A stretch of 32,000 nucleotides of DNA from Gammaproteobacteria bacterium (GTDB taxonomy: Bacteria; Pseudomonadota; Gammaproteobacteria; Competibacterales; Competibacteraceae). Every line of letters starts with the position of its first letter. Position 1 is the stretch's first letter. Location: positions 17,719 through 49,718 of the forward strand of contig JADLEK010000014.1 in assembly GCA_020846135.1 (NCBI GenBank). Reading direction: 5' to 3'. Of the stretch, positions 17,042-27,187 are shown piece by piece. The notes under the pieces were generated by a model, which was not told where the DNA came from, made no database searches, and saw only the letters and a program-made list of their open reading frames with translations. Position numbers and translations under genes: made by a program.

Positions 17042-18091
17042 TCACGGTTGTTGGGGCAACAGGTAAGGTTCAAATTCCGGGGTATAGCGTTCCTGAAAAG
17101 CGCCATCAGCACCAATCAGGATAAAAAACACGGCCAGATGATGCTCGGTCGCCAGACGGAAACCCAATTCAGGCCCCGCCGCCATCAGCGCGGTCGCGGT
17201 CGCATCGGCTTGACTGGAAAAATCGCTGATCATCGTTACTGAAGCTAGGGTCTGCGGAACCGGTCGACCCGTCTGTGGATTGATAATATGGGAATAGCGC
17301 CGACCGTCCTGTTCGAAGAAATTGCGATAGTCGCCCGACGTGGAGATGCTGTGATCGCCCAGCCGCACCAACCGCTCCACCGCCCGCTGACCGGGAGCGG
17401 GCTGCTCAATCGCAATCGTCCAGGGCTGACCCTTGCCGTTGCGGCCCCTGGCTTGCACTTCACCGCCGATGGACACTAGATAGTCATTGATGCCGGCGGA
17501 ATTAACCAGCGCCGCCAGTTGATCCACGCCATAGCCTTTCGCAATCGCCGACAGATCCACATAGAGATCGGGCCGATCTTTTTTCAACGCTGGCGGCTCG
17601 TCGCGGACTTGTAGCCGCCAGTAGCCAACCCGCTCGCGGGCCTGGGCAATGGCGGCTTCGTCCGGTGCTTGATCGCGGCGCGGCTCCGGCCCGAATCCCC
17701 ACAGGTTGACCAGCGGCCCCACCGTAATATCGAACGCGCCGCCGCTCAGTTCGCTGATTTGCAGGCCCTCGGAGACCACTTGGCCCAGCTCCGGCGATAC
17801 CGTAATCCAGTCGGTGCTGGAGTTCTGATTGAAGCGCGACAGTTCCGAGTTCGGGTCGTAAGTGGACATCACTTTGTTAATGCCGGCCAGCAGCGCCTCG
17901 ACCCGGGTTTTGAGATCGGTGGAGACCATCTGGCCCGGAGCGGGCACCAGCTTGAGATCATAGCTGGTGCCCATGGTTGACCCGGAGATGTGAACTGTCG
18001 GATCGGGAGCTGGCGGTTCACAACCGCTCAGGATTAGCGCAGCCAGCAATAGCATTCCGCCTCGAAGCAGGATCGCCGCTGGGCCAGCCAT
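17042..18091 (-). CDS. apbE: FAD:protein FMN transferase (ApbE family lipoprotein)
   Basis: From the ATG at 18091. It has a lipobox (LAALILSGC) and then GSTMGTSYDLKLV, which is typical of ApbE. AIAKGYGVD and SISTSGDYRNFF are also present. The track start at 18238 is an extension. Confidence 0.85.
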   Translation of the reverse strand: MAGPAAILLRGGMLLLAALILSGCEPPAPDPTVHISGSTMGTSYDLKLVPAPGQMVSTDLKTRVEALLAGINKVMSTYDPNSELSRFNQNSSTDWITVSPELGQVVSEGLQISELSGGAFDITVGPLVNLWGFGPEPRRDQAPDEAAIAQARERVGYWRLQVRDEPPALKKDRPDLYVDLSAIAKGYGVDQLAALVNSAGINDYLVSIGGEVQARGRNGKGQPWTIAIEQPAPGQRAVERLVRLGDHSISTSGDYRNFFEQDGRRYSHIINPQTGRPVPQTLASVTMISDFSSQADATATALMAAGPELGFRLATEHHLAVFFILIGADGAFQERYTPEFEPYLLPQQP

Positions 18092-18211
18092 GATGATGAA
18101 CCGGTTGTTTTTCAGCAAAGCACGACTACCTTTTGAGGTTATAAGGTTAAAAAATCCGGTCTTTTCTCTCTCCGTTCCCTGTTTCCCGAAACCACCCGCA
18201 AAGAGAACTCC

Positions 18212-19495
18212 ATGTCCGATCCAACGGCGCAAGATCATACTCCTCTACCGGGCGATTCCGAATTTACCGCCCAGCATGAGACTGACCCGGAACCCCCGAA
18301 ATTGCCACTCAGCGGCATCCGGGTGATTGATGTAGGAACCTTCCTGGCCGGCCCGCACGCCGCCTCGGCGTTGAGCGAGTTTGGAGCCGAGGTGCTGAAA
18401 GTCGAGCACCCCATCGCCGGCGATCCGATGCGGCGGTTCGGGACGTCCACCAAACGCCATGATGCAACTCTGGTCTGGCTCAGCGAGGCCCGCAACCGCA
18501 AATCGGTCACGCTCGACCTGCATCAGACCGAGGGCGTGCAACTGTTCCTGCGGCTAGTGGAAAAGTCCGATGTGCTGATCGAGAACTTCCGGCCCGGCAT
18601 CATGGAGGAATGGGGACTGGGCTGGCCGGAACTGAGCGCCGCCAATCCGGGGCTGATTTATCTGCGGGTATCCGGTTACGGCCAAACCGGGCCGTATCGC
18701 CACCGCTCCGGATTCGCCCATATCGCCCATGCCTTTGGCGGTCTGTCCTATCTGGCCGGCTTCCCCGGCGAAACCCCAGTATTGCCCGGCACCGTGCCGC
18801 TGGGCGACTATTTTTCCAGCATTTATGGCGCTATCGGGATTCTGATGGCGCTGCGCCACCGTGAGAAAACCGGGCGCGGCCAGATCATCGATATCGGTAT
18901 TTACGAGGCGGTCTTCCGGCAACTGGACGAGATCGCTGCTTCTTATGGCTTGTTGGGCAAGGTGCGGGAGCGGGAAGGCGCCGGCAGTTTCGTCGCGGTG
19001 CCGCACGGTCATTTTCGCACCCAGGATGACAAATGGATCGCGATTGCCTGCACGACCGACAAGATGTTCGAGCGGCTGGCCGAGGCGATGGAGCGCCCAG
19101 AACTGGCGTCTTCGGCCTTGTACGGCGAGCAGCGCAAGCGGCTGGCTGCTCGTAATGAAGTCAATCAGATCGTGATCGAATGGGTCGGATCGTTGCCTCG
19201 CGCCGAGGTTTTGAGCCGCTGTCTGGACAAGGAAGTCCCGATCGGCAAGCTCAATAGCATCGCCGACATTTTCGAGGATGAGCATTTTCAGGCGCGGGGC
19301 AATCTGGTCACGCTGGAGGAGCCGGGTTTGGGCGAGGTGGTGGTTCCCGGAGTCACGCCCACCCTGTCGGCGACGCCCGGGCGAGTTCACAGCCTGGGGC
19401 CGACGCTGGGCAACGCGACTTATGAAGTGATGCGTGAACTGCTGGGGATTTCCGCCGACGACATCAAGCGGCTGCGCCAGCGCAAGATCATCTAA
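18212..19495 (+). CDS. Class III CoA-transferase (CaiB/BaiF family), paralogue 1
   Basis: [43 protein letters not shown] and GYGQTGPY are family III hallmarks. Length is 427 aa. Confidence 0.85.
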   Translation: MSDPTAQDHTPLPGDSEFTAQHETDPEPPKLPLSGIRVIDVGTFLAGPHAASALSEFGAEVLKVEHPIAGDPMRRFGTSTKRHDATLVWLSEARNRKSVTLDLHQTEGVQLFLRLVEKSDVLIENFRPGIMEEWGLGWPELSAANPGLIYLRVSGYGQTGPYRHRSGFAHIAHAFGGLSYLAGFPGETPVLPGTVPLGDYFSSIYGAIGILMALRHREKTGRGQIIDIGIYEAVFRQLDEIAASYGLLGKVREREGAGSFVAVPHGHFRTQDDKWIAIACTTDKMFERLAEAMERPELASSALYGEQRKRLAARNEVNQIVIEWVGSLPRAEVLSRCLDKEVPIGKLNSIADIFEDEHFQARGNLVTLEEPGLGEVVVPGVTPTLSATPGRVHSLGPTLGNATYEVMRELLGISADDIKRLRQRKII

Positions 19496-19520
19496 GCCAG
19501 GCTTTCCGGGAGAAAATGTA

Positions 19521-20741
19521 ATGAGCAATGCTGATGAAACCGACCTGCCGTTGAGCGGCATTCGGGTGATCGATGTCGCCACCGTGATCGCTGCGCCCTA
19601 TTGCGCCGGGATTCTGGGCGAATTTGGCGCTGAGGTGCTGAAAGTCGAGCATCCGGTCGGCGGCGATATTTGCCGGCGCTACGGCACTCCGACCGCCCGG
19701 GGCGATACCCTGGCCTGGTTGAGCGAGGCCCGTAACAAGAAGTCGGTGACCATTGATTTGCACCGCCCGGCTGGGGTGGCGGTGTTCAAGCAGTTGATCG
19801 AAAAAGCCGACGTGCTGTGTGAAAACTTCCGGCCCGGTACGCTGGAAAAGTGGGGCTTGTCCTGGGAAACCCTGCATGAAATCAATCCGGGTTTGATCAT
19901 GCTGCGGGTCACCGGTTACGGCCAAACCGGCCCGTACAAGGATCGACCCGGCTTTGCCCGGATCGCTCATGCGGTGAGCGGGATCGCCTATCTGTCGGGA
20001 ATGCCCCGGGGCACGCCGGTCACGCCCGGATCGACCACGCTGGGCGATTATCTGACCGGTCTGTATGGCTGTCTGGGGGTGTTGATGGCCTTGCGTTATC
20101 GGGAACAGACCGGGATCGGCCAATACATTGACGCTGCGCTGTATGAATCCATGTTCCGCTGCACGGATGAGCTGGCGTCGGCCTATGCCATGTATGGCAC
20201 GGTGCGCGAGCGGCATGGCCCGACCCATAATGATTTCGCCTGTCCCTATGGGCATTTCCCGACCAAGGACGGCAAATGGATCGCGATTGCCTGCGCCACC
20301 GACAAGCTGTTTGTGCGCCTGACCGAAGCGATGGGCCGGACGGAGCTGGCTTCTTCCGGCTTGTACGGCGAACAGAAAACCCGGCTGGAACACCGGCACG
20401 ATGTCAACGAAATCGTCCGGGACTGGTGCGGCTCTCTGACCCGGGAAGAAATTCTCCAGCGCTGTTTCGCCACCGGAGCGCCAGCGGGACCGTTGAATAA
20501 CATCGCCGACATTTTCGGGGATCGCCAATTCCATGCCCGGCGTAATCTGGTGGCGATTGATGATGCGGATTTAGGCGAAACGATTGTGGTGCCTGGGGTG
20601 ATTCCCCGCCTGTCGGAAACGCCGGGAAAGATTCGCCATTTGGGGCCGAAACTGGGCCAGCATACCGAGGAGATTCTGGGAAATCTGCTGGGCATGAGTG
20701 CGGAAGAAATCAGCGGATTGAAAAAGAAACGGGTGATTTGA
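19521..20741 (+). CDS. Class III CoA-transferase (CaiB/BaiF family), paralogue 2
   Basis: From the ATG at 19521, preceded by GGGAGA. It is collinear with paralogue 1 and, by eye, more than half the positions are identical. The track start at 19434 overlaps the upstream gene. Confidence 0.85.
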   Translation: MSNADETDLPLSGIRVIDVATVIAAPYCAGILGEFGAEVLKVEHPVGGDICRRYGTPTARGDTLAWLSEARNKKSVTIDLHRPAGVAVFKQLIEKADVLCENFRPGTLEKWGLSWETLHEINPGLIMLRVTGYGQTGPYKDRPGFARIAHAVSGIAYLSGMPRGTPVTPGSTTLGDYLTGLYGCLGVLMALRYREQTGIGQYIDAALYESMFRCTDELASAYAMYGTVRERHGPTHNDFACPYGHFPTKDGKWIAIACATDKLFVRLTEAMGRTELASSGLYGEQKTRLEHRHDVNEIVRDWCGSLTREEILQRCFATGAPAGPLNNIADIFGDRQFHARRNLVAIDDADLGETIVVPGVIPRLSETPGKIRHLGPKLGQHTEEILGNLLGMSAEEISGLKKKRVI

Positions 20742-20802
20742 TCCAGCAGCAGTTAAACCCGAACCAACATTCTTAAATTTGAGCAGAGAGGAGCATCAGC
20801 CC

Positions 20803-21912
20803 ATGAAAGCCCGCGCCGCCGTCGCCTGGGAGCCGCAACAGCCTTTGGTCATTGAAGAAATTGACATAGAGGGACCGAAATCCGGTGAAGTCCTGCTCAA
20901 GGTGGTCGCCTCTGGGGTTTGCCACACTGACGTTTTCACCCTGTCCGGCGATGATCCCGAAGGCGCATTTCCCTGCGTTCTCGGCCATGAAGGCGGTTGC
21001 GAAGTAGTCGAGTGCGGACCCGGCGTCAAAGGATTGAAACCCGGCGATCACGTCATTCCTCTCTACATCCCGGAATGCGGCGAGTGCGAATATTGCCGCT
21101 CGCCCAAAACTAACCTCTGCCAGTCCATCGCCGCGACGGTCTGGACCGGCTACATGCCGGATCATACCCGCCGGTTTTCCTGCAAAGGCCAGCCGTTGTT
21201 TCACTATATGGGCTGCTCGACCTTCGCCGAATATACGGTGGTGCCGGAGATCGCCCTCGCCAAGATCAATCCCGCCGCGCCGCTGGACAAGGTGTGCCTG
21301 CTCGGCTGTGGCGTCACTACCGGGATCGGCGCGGTGCTAAATACCGCCAAGGTTGAACCCGGTGCTACGGTCGCCGTGTTCGGCCTGGGGGGCATCGGCC
21401 TGTCGGTGATTCAGGGCGCAGTGATGGCGCAGGCCGGACGGATCATCGCCGTTGATCTCAACCCCGACAAATTCGCGATGGCGACGGCGCTGGGCGCGAC
21501 CGATACCCTGAATCCGGCGGCGCTTGGCGGCGATCTCGTCGAGGCGATCAAGGAGATGACCCACGGCGGGGTGGACTACTCGTTCGAGTGCATCGGTAAC
21601 GTCAAGGTCATGCGTCAGGCGCTGGAGTGTTGCCACATGGGTTGGGGCGTTTCGACCATCATCGGCGTCGCTGGCGCCGGTCAGGAAATCCGTACCCGTC
21701 CATTTCAACTGGTGACCGGACGCACCTGGAAAGGCACCGCGTTTGGCGGGGTCAAGGGTCGGACCCAACTGCCCGGCTATGTTGAAAAATACCTGAGTGG
21801 TCAGATTGAACTGGATCGGATGGTCACCCACACCCTGCCGCTGGAGCAGATCAATACCGCTTTTGACCTGATGCACGAAGGCCAGAGCATCCGCTCGGTG
21901 ATTATTTTCTAG
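20803..21912 (+). CDS. frmA: S-(hydroxymethyl)glutathione dehydrogenase / class III alcohol dehydrogenase
   Basis: 369 aa from the ATG at 20803, preceded by [49 protein letters not shown]...GHEG is the canonical zinc-ADH class III N-terminus. Confidence 0.9.
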   Translation: MKARAAVAWEPQQPLVIEEIDIEGPKSGEVLLKVVASGVCHTDVFTLSGDDPEGAFPCVLGHEGGCEVVECGPGVKGLKPGDHVIPLYIPECGECEYCRSPKTNLCQSIAATVWTGYMPDHTRRFSCKGQPLFHYMGCSTFAEYTVVPEIALAKINPAAPLDKVCLLGCGVTTGIGAVLNTAKVEPGATVAVFGLGGIGLSVIQGAVMAQAGRIIAVDLNPDKFAMATALGATDTLNPAALGGDLVEAIKEMTHGGVDYSFECIGNVKVMRQALECCHMGWGVSTIIGVAGAGQEIRTRPFQLVTGRTWKGTAFGGVKGRTQLPGYVEKYLSGQIELDRMVTHTLPLEQINTAFDLMHEGQSIRSVIIF

Positions 21913-21923
21913 GAGCAGGGACC

Positions 21924-22766
21924 GTGGAACACATCGAAGCGATCAAGGAATTTGGCGGCTGGCTGAACCGTTACCGCCACGACTCGACCACTTGCCAGTG
22001 TGCGATGACCTTTTCGGTTTACCTGCCGCCGCAAGCCGCAACCGCCAAAGTCCCGGCGGTGTACTGGCTGTCCGGGCTGACCTGCACCGACGACAACTTT
22101 CGGGTGAAAGCCGGCGCGCAACGCTATGCGGCGGAACTGGGGCTAGCGCTAGTCATTCCCGATACCAGTCCTCGGGGCGAGGCTGTGCCGGATGTCCCGG
22201 ACCGCTATGACCTTGGACAAGGCGCGGGCTTCTACGTCAATGCGACTCAGGCGCCATGGGCGAAACACTACCGGATGTATGACTACATCACCCGCGAATT
22301 GCCGGCGCTGGTCGAAGCGAAACTGCCGCTAATTCCCGGACTGCGGTCGATCAGCGGGCATTCAATGGGCGGACATGGCGCATTGATTTGCGCGTTGAAA
22401 GAGCCGGGCCGTTATCGATCGGTGTCCGCGTTTGCGCCAATTTGCCACCCGATGGCCTGCAGTTGGGGGCAAGGCTGTTTTAAAGCCTATCTGGGCGATG
22501 ACCGCGAAACATGGGCTGATTACGATGCCGCCCGCCTGATCGAAGCCGGCGCGGAACCCATTCCTTTGTTGATCGATCAGGGTTCCGCCGATGAATTTCT
22601 GGCCCAGCAATTACACCCGGCCTCGCTGGAGCGGGTCTGCGCCGCGCGCCAATTTCCGCTGACCCTGCGCTGGCAAGAGGGCTACGATCACAGCTATCAC
22701 TTTATCGCTAGCTTTATCGGCGACCATCTCGCTTACCATACCCAGGCCCTGCGCGGTGCAGTTTGA
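21924..22766 (+). CDS. frmB: S-formylglutathione hydrolase (esterase D family)
   Basis: GTG start preceded by AGGAG. It has a GHSMGGHGAL nucleophile elbow. The pairing with frmA is the classic formaldehyde detoxification pair. Confidence 0.9.
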   Translation: MEHIEAIKEFGGWLNRYRHDSTTCQCAMTFSVYLPPQAATAKVPAVYWLSGLTCTDDNFRVKAGAQRYAAELGLALVIPDTSPRGEAVPDVPDRYDLGQGAGFYVNATQAPWAKHYRMYDYITRELPALVEAKLPLIPGLRSISGHSMGGHGALICALKEPGRYRSVSAFAPICHPMACSWGQGCFKAYLGDDRETWADYDAARLIEAGAEPIPLLIDQGSADEFLAQQLHPASLERVCAARQFPLTLRWQEGYDHSYHFIASFIGDHLAYHTQALRGAV

Positions 22767-23038
22767 AACCTGTCGGGCTGGTAGCCACTCAAAGCCCGGC
22801 TGACCACTGTTCAGGAGGCTCCCATGATCGATCCCTTGCGCCACCACACTCCATGGTCCCTTTCGCGCTGAACATCTGCGGGAAGGCGACCGCTATGAAC
22901 TCTCGACATCCCAGCTACTGCGCCCCGGCAGGACGCGAACACGCCGCGCCTAATTTGACCAGTGTTCGATGCGGATTGACTGCGGGTGGGCTGATTGCGA
23001 AACCGACACGCTGGATCACCTACTTTGAAAATCCCGGC

Positions 23039-23632
23039 ATGAAATCAGACCTGCTAAAACCATTGTTAAGCCTGTTGCGCGGCGAACTCAATCAAGCCCG
23101 CCGCCGAAAAAACCGCTCGCCGTGGGTGATCGGCGGGCTGGTCATCGCCATTATCGCTATCAGCTACTTCCTGCATGAACCCAAGGCCCCGGCCAAAGTA
23201 TTGGCCCGGGGCGCAGAACTGAACTGTACCGTCAAATCGGTCTACGACGGCGACACCCTGACCGCTGGTTGCCCGGAAGGCGAGGTCAAGGTGCGGGTGT
23301 TCGGCATCGACGCCCCGGAAATGGGCCAGCAACCGTGGGGCACTCAGTCGCGGGACGCTTTCCGCCGCTTGGTCAATCGTGGCGACTCGGTTAGTTTACG
23401 GGTAATCGATCAGGATCGCTACGGACGAACCGTTGCTCAGGTCTTCACCGGCAGTCGCGATGCTGGCCTGGAGATGGTTCGGCAGGGGCGTGCGGTCGTC
23501 TATGAGCAATACAACGACTCTGCCGCCTACCAGCAAGCCGAGGCCGAAGCGCGGCAGGCCAAACGCGGGATCTGGCAGCGATCCGGCAGCCAGCAGGACC
23601 CCGCCGCCTGGCGGCGGCTGAATCCGCGTTGA
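23039..23632 (+). CDS. Membrane-anchored thermonuclease (staphylococcal nuclease, SNase-like)
   Basis: From the ATG at 23039. An N-terminal TM helix (WVIGGLVIAIIAISYFL) is followed by VYDGDTL...VRVFGIDAPE...DRYGRTVA...GLEMVRQG, which matches the SNase fold motifs. The track start at 22763 is an unsupported extension. Confidence 0.8.
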   Translation: MKSDLLKPLLSLLRGELNQARRRKNRSPWVIGGLVIAIIAISYFLHEPKAPAKVLARGAELNCTVKSVYDGDTLTAGCPEGEVKVRVFGIDAPEMGQQPWGTQSRDAFRRLVNRGDSVSLRVIDQDRYGRTVAQVFTGSRDAGLEMVRQGRAVVYEQYNDSAAYQQAEAEARQAKRGIWQRSGSQQDPAAWRRLNPR

Positions 23633-23658
23633 AGTTAAAACCCTGCTGTTCGGCGAGA

Positions 23659-25113
23659 TCAGCGCTTCTTCTTGGGGATATACAAATCAGTAATCGTCCC
23701 CTCGAACACTTCCGCCGCCATGCCCACCGATTCGCCTAAAGTCGGGTGGGGGTGAATGGTCAGAGCAATGTCCGCCGCATCACAGCCCATTTCAATCGCC
23801 AGCGCCACTTCACTGATTAAATCGCCGGTGCCGGTTCCGACAATCCCGCCGCCAACAATTCGATGAGTTTCCTCGTCAAAAATCAGCTTGGTGAATCCCT
23901 CATCGCGGCCATTGGCAATCGCCCGCCCGGACGCTGCCCACGGGAATTTGCCGACGCCGATCTTAAGCCCCTGCTGTTTGGCGGCTTCTTCGGTTAAACC
24001 CACCCAAGCCACCTCCGGATCGGTATAGGCCACGCCGGGAATCACTTTAGCGTCAAAGAAACTCTTGTGACCCGCCGCGACTTCAGCGGCGACATGGCCT
24101 TCATGCACCGCTTTATGCGCCAGCATCGGCTGTCCGACAATATCGCCAATGGCGAAAATATGGGGGACATTGGTACGCTGCTGTTTGTCTACCGGAATAA
24201 AGCCACGCTCATCAAGCTTGATTCCGGCTTGGTCTGCGCCAATTTTCCGGCCATTCGGACTGCGTCCGGCGGATTGCAGAATCAGATCATAAAGCTGCGG
24301 TTCCGCCGGCGCATTTTCACCCTCGAACGTCACTCGTAAACCTTCCGGCAAGGCTTCAACGGCCGTAGTTCTGGTTTTCAGCATGACCTTGTCGAAGCGC
24401 CCAGCGTTCTTCTTTTCCCACACCTTGACCAAATCCCGATCCGGTCCCTGCATCAAACCATCCAGCATTTCGACAATATCAATCCGCGCGCCCAGCGTGG
24501 AATACACCGTCGCCATTTCCAGGCCGATAATCCCGCCGCCAATGACTAATAACCGTTTGGGCATAAAGCGCAATTCCAGCGCTCCAGTCGAATCGACAAT
24601 GCGCGGATCATCCGGGATAAACGGTAAATGCACCGCTTGACTGCCGGCGGCAATAATGCACTGGTCGAAACGGATGATCTGTTTCTCGCCGGTTTTATCC
24701 TGGCCCGACCCGGTGGTGAGTTCGACTTCCAGATGATGCGGATCGAGAAAATGCCCATAGCCGCGTACTACCTCGACCTTGCGGGCTTTCGCCATTCCCG
24801 CCAGTCCGCCGGTCAGTTTATTGACGATCTTGCTTTTGTGCGTCCGCAACTTGTCCAGTTCAACGGTTGGCGGGCCAAAAACCACGCCCAGTTCGGCGAA
24901 ATGCGCGGCTTCATCCATCACCGCCGCAACATGCAGCAATGCTTTGGACGGAATGCAGCCGACGTTCAGGCAGACGCCGCCCAAAGCCGGATAACGTTCA
25001 ACCAGCAGGGTTTTCAGGCCCAGATCAGCGGCGCGGAAGGCGGCGCTATAACCGCCGGGACCAGCGCCCAGCACCAGCAATTCAGTATGAAAATGGGGTT
25101 CCAGTTGGCTCAT
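23659..25113 (-). CDS. lpdA: Dihydrolipoyl dehydrogenase (E3)
   Basis: 484 aa with GAGPGGY, the redox-active GGVCLNVGCIPSK, and HPTLGE near the C-terminus. Confidence 0.92.
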   Translation of the reverse strand: MSQLEPHFHTELLVLGAGPGGYSAAFRAADLGLKTLLVERYPALGGVCLNVGCIPSKALLHVAAVMDEAAHFAELGVVFGPPTVELDKLRTHKSKIVNKLTGGLAGMAKARKVEVVRGYGHFLDPHHLEVELTTGSGQDKTGEKQIIRFDQCIIAAGSQAVHLPFIPDDPRIVDSTGALELRFMPKRLLVIGGGIIGLEMATVYSTLGARIDIVEMLDGLMQGPDRDLVKVWEKKNAGRFDKVMLKTRTTAVEALPEGLRVTFEGENAPAEPQLYDLILQSAGRSPNGRKIGADQAGIKLDERGFIPVDKQQRTNVPHIFAIGDIVGQPMLAHKAVHEGHVAAEVAAGHKSFFDAKVIPGVAYTDPEVAWVGLTEEAAKQQGLKIGVGKFPWAASGRAIANGRDEGFTKLIFDEETHRIVGGGIVGTGTGDLISEVALAIEMGCDAADIALTIHPHPTLGESVGMAAEVFEGTITDLYIPKKKR

Positions 25114-25228
25114 GACGGATTAATCCATTTGTATGGTTGGAGAGAATCAGACGGTAGGCTAAACCTGATCTGAATGAGAAGGGGAGACCCGGTCGTCATG
25201 ATGGAATACAGGCAAGCCTTGTTTGCGA

Positions 25229-25561
25229 TTACGACCACATCGGATAGCGTTGATGCAGGTAGCGTTGTTCGGCGATCAAGACCGTGAAGGGAATTTCCTG
25301 ATGCAGGAACAAGGCGACTTCGCCGTTTTGCGCCCGCACCACGGTGCCTTCAATAGCGACTGCAGCGCTGCGCTGACACCGCAGGATGCCCTTGATCAGA
25401 TCATGTGGGTTCGGAGGATCTACACCGACCACCGCATAGCGCAAGCCCCGGGCGGAAATGTCGAGGACCGCGCAGGTTTGTCCAGCGCATTCAAATTTTG
25501 GCCGCTCCGGGAATGGGTAGCGAATCCGGTGATACTGGCGACGTTCATCATCCGCAGCCAT
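25229..25561 (-). CDS. PilZ-domain protein (stand-alone), copy 2
   Basis: From the ATG at 25561. It has RQYHR (RxxxR) and DISARG (DxSxxG) c-di-GMP-binding motifs. Length is 110 aa. It begins 4 nt after the stop of copy 1. Confidence 0.75.
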   Translation of the reverse strand: MAADDERRQYHRIRYPFPERPKFECAGQTCAVLDISARGLRYAVVGVDPPNPHDLIKGILRCQRSAAVAIEGTVVRAQNGEVALFLHQEIPFTVLIAEQRYLHQRYPMWS

Positions 25562-25565
25562 AGGC

Positions 25566-25916
25566 TTATCCAGTCCGCGCCCGATAATGGGCGAGCAGGT
25601 AACGCTCTTCGCCACGCAGAACGGTAAAGGGAATTTCACTATCCGGCATATAGAGCGCGATTTCGCCCTCCTGAATCCGAACGACCGAGCCGCGTACTGG
25701 CGCTTGCGCCCGATCCCGAAATCGCACCAGCCCCTCGATCTGATCGCCAAGAGCGAGCCGTGGTTGCCAGTCATTGACAATGCAGCGCAATCCCCGCACT
25801 GAACAGTCCACGACCTCGTAATGGTGTTCGCCGATGACCAGCAACGGTCGTTCGGCGCGTGGAAAATGGAGACGATAGTTCTCGCGTTTTTCCAGCTCGG
25901 CGGCGGGATCGGACAT
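25566..25916 (-). CDS. PilZ-domain protein (stand-alone), copy 1
   Basis: From the ATG at 25916. It has RENYR (RxxxR) and DCSVRG (DxSxxG). Length is 116 aa. It starts 5 nt after the xseA stop. Confidence 0.75.
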   Translation of the reverse strand: MSDPAAELEKRENYRLHFPRAERPLLVIGEHHYEVVDCSVRGLRCIVNDWQPRLALGDQIEGLVRFRDRAQAPVRGSVVRIQEGEIALYMPDSEIPFTVLRGEERYLLAHYRARTG

Positions 25917-25921
25917 GGCGA

Positions 25922-27184
25922 TCAGCATCCTGGCGACTGAGGATGAGTAACTAATTCTGACCATGAGTCTAGCGCAGAAACCGCCTTAATTTCACAGCGC
26001 AGGCAACCTTCACCTAGAAGAGTTTCTATCGTATCGCCGATCTCAACTGCGCTGGCTCGTTGCACAATCCTGCCCTCCGGATAACGGCGAACAATCGCAT
26101 AACCGCGCTGTAGAGTCGCCAGTGGACTTAGGGTGTGCAGGCGACCACTCACCTGCTGCAAGCGTTGGGCAGCGGTTTGCAGCCGCCAGCGCAGCGCCTG
26201 CCGTAACCGTTGTTCCAGTTCGTCAAGGCGCTGGGTGCGATTCCGCAACCGGCGGTGCGGGTGTTGCCGGGCCAGGCGTTGCGCCAGTTGTTCCAGCTGT
26301 TGCCGCTGGTCGGTCAGCCGGCGGCGCAGTGTGTGCGCCAGCCGCTCCTCCAGCGCCCGGATCTGGCGCAGCCCGTCCTGCCGGTCAGGACCGGCCAGTT
26401 CCGCCGCGGCAGTAGGGGTGGCGGCCCGCAGGTCAGCGGCGAAATCGGCAATAGTCACGTCGGTTTCATGACCGACCCCGGTCACTAGCGGGATAGCGCA
26501 ATCGGCAATCGCTCGCGCCACACCCTCGGCATTGAACGCCTGCAAATCCTCCAGCGCGCCGCCGCCCCGCACCAGCAACAGCACAGCGCATTCCCGGCGC
26601 TTTGAAGCCAGCCGAATTGTGGCGGCGATGCGCTCTGCCGCGCCGTCGCCCTGCACCGGGACCGGATAGAGCAACACCGGCGTCTGCGGACAGCGGCGGC
26701 GCAGGGTGGTCAGCACATCATGCAGGGCTGCGCCGGTCGGCGAGGTGATGACCCCGATCCGGTGCGGGAAGGGCGGCAGCGGCTGTTTGCGATCCGGCGC
26801 GAACAGCCCTTCCTGTTCCAGCCGCAGTCGCAATTCATCGTAAGCCTGCCGCAACGCGCCAGCGCCAGCCTCCTCGACAAACTCGACAATGAGCTGAAAC
26901 TCGCCACGGGATTCGTACAGGCTGACCCGGCCTCGGGCCAACACCTGCTGGCCATTGCGCGGGCCGTCGCGAAACAGGAAGGCGCGGTTCTGGAACAGGG
27001 CGCAGCGCAGCTGGGCGCTGGCATCCTTCAGCGAGAAGTAGACGTGTCCTGAGCTGGGACGGGACAGATTGGAGACTTCACCCTGCACCCAGATCATCGG
27101 AAACACGTCTTCCAGCAGGTATCGCGCCTCCTGATTCAGGCGGGAAACGGTGTAGACAGTGCGAGTGGGGGAGGGATCGCTCAC
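25922..27184 (-). CDS. xseA: Exodeoxyribonuclease VII large subunit
   Basis: GTG start. YTVSRLNQEARYLLEDVFPMIWVQGEVSNLSRPSSGHVYFSLKD is the characteristic XseA OB-fold N-terminus. Length is 420 aa. Confidence 0.9.
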   Translation of the reverse strand: MSDPSPTRTVYTVSRLNQEARYLLEDVFPMIWVQGEVSNLSRPSSGHVYFSLKDASAQLRCALFQNRAFLFRDGPRNGQQVLARGRVSLYESRGEFQLIVEFVEEAGAGALRQAYDELRLRLEQEGLFAPDRKQPLPPFPHRIGVITSPTGAALHDVLTTLRRRCPQTPVLLYPVPVQGDGAAERIAATIRLASKRRECAVLLLVRGGGALEDLQAFNAEGVARAIADCAIPLVTGVGHETDVTIADFAADLRAATPTAAAELAGPDRQDGLRQIRALEERLAHTLRRRLTDQRQQLEQLAQRLARQHPHRRLRNRTQRLDELEQRLRQALRWRLQTAAQRLQQVSGRLHTLSPLATLQRGYAIVRRYPEGRIVQRASAVEIGDTIETLLGEGCLRCEIKAVSALDSWSELVTHPQSPGC

Positions 27185-27187
27185 GGT

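Noticed and set aside
18554-20534. Long minus-strand ORFs (342 and 348 aa) antisense to the two CoA-transferase genes.
   Set aside because: These are typical GC-rich antisense shadow ORFs with no motifs. The sense-strand genes have unambiguous family signatures.
22767-23038. 270-bp gap before the nuclease gene, translated in the track as an N-terminal extension. I also checked it for small RNA, tRNA or riboswitch features.
   Set aside because: The extension lacks any protein-like features and no convincing conserved structure is visible. It is treated as a plain intergenic/promoter region.
23659-25113. lpdA without adjacent E1/E2 genes.
   Set aside because: Orphan or additional lpd copies are common, so this is not unusual on its own.
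25111-25200. 8-bp inverted repeat TCATGACG / CGTCATGA flanking the lpdA upstream region.
   Set aside because: The two arms are about 80 nt apart and short. It overlaps the lpdA start codon by chance-level similarity, and there is no supporting operator-like symmetry.
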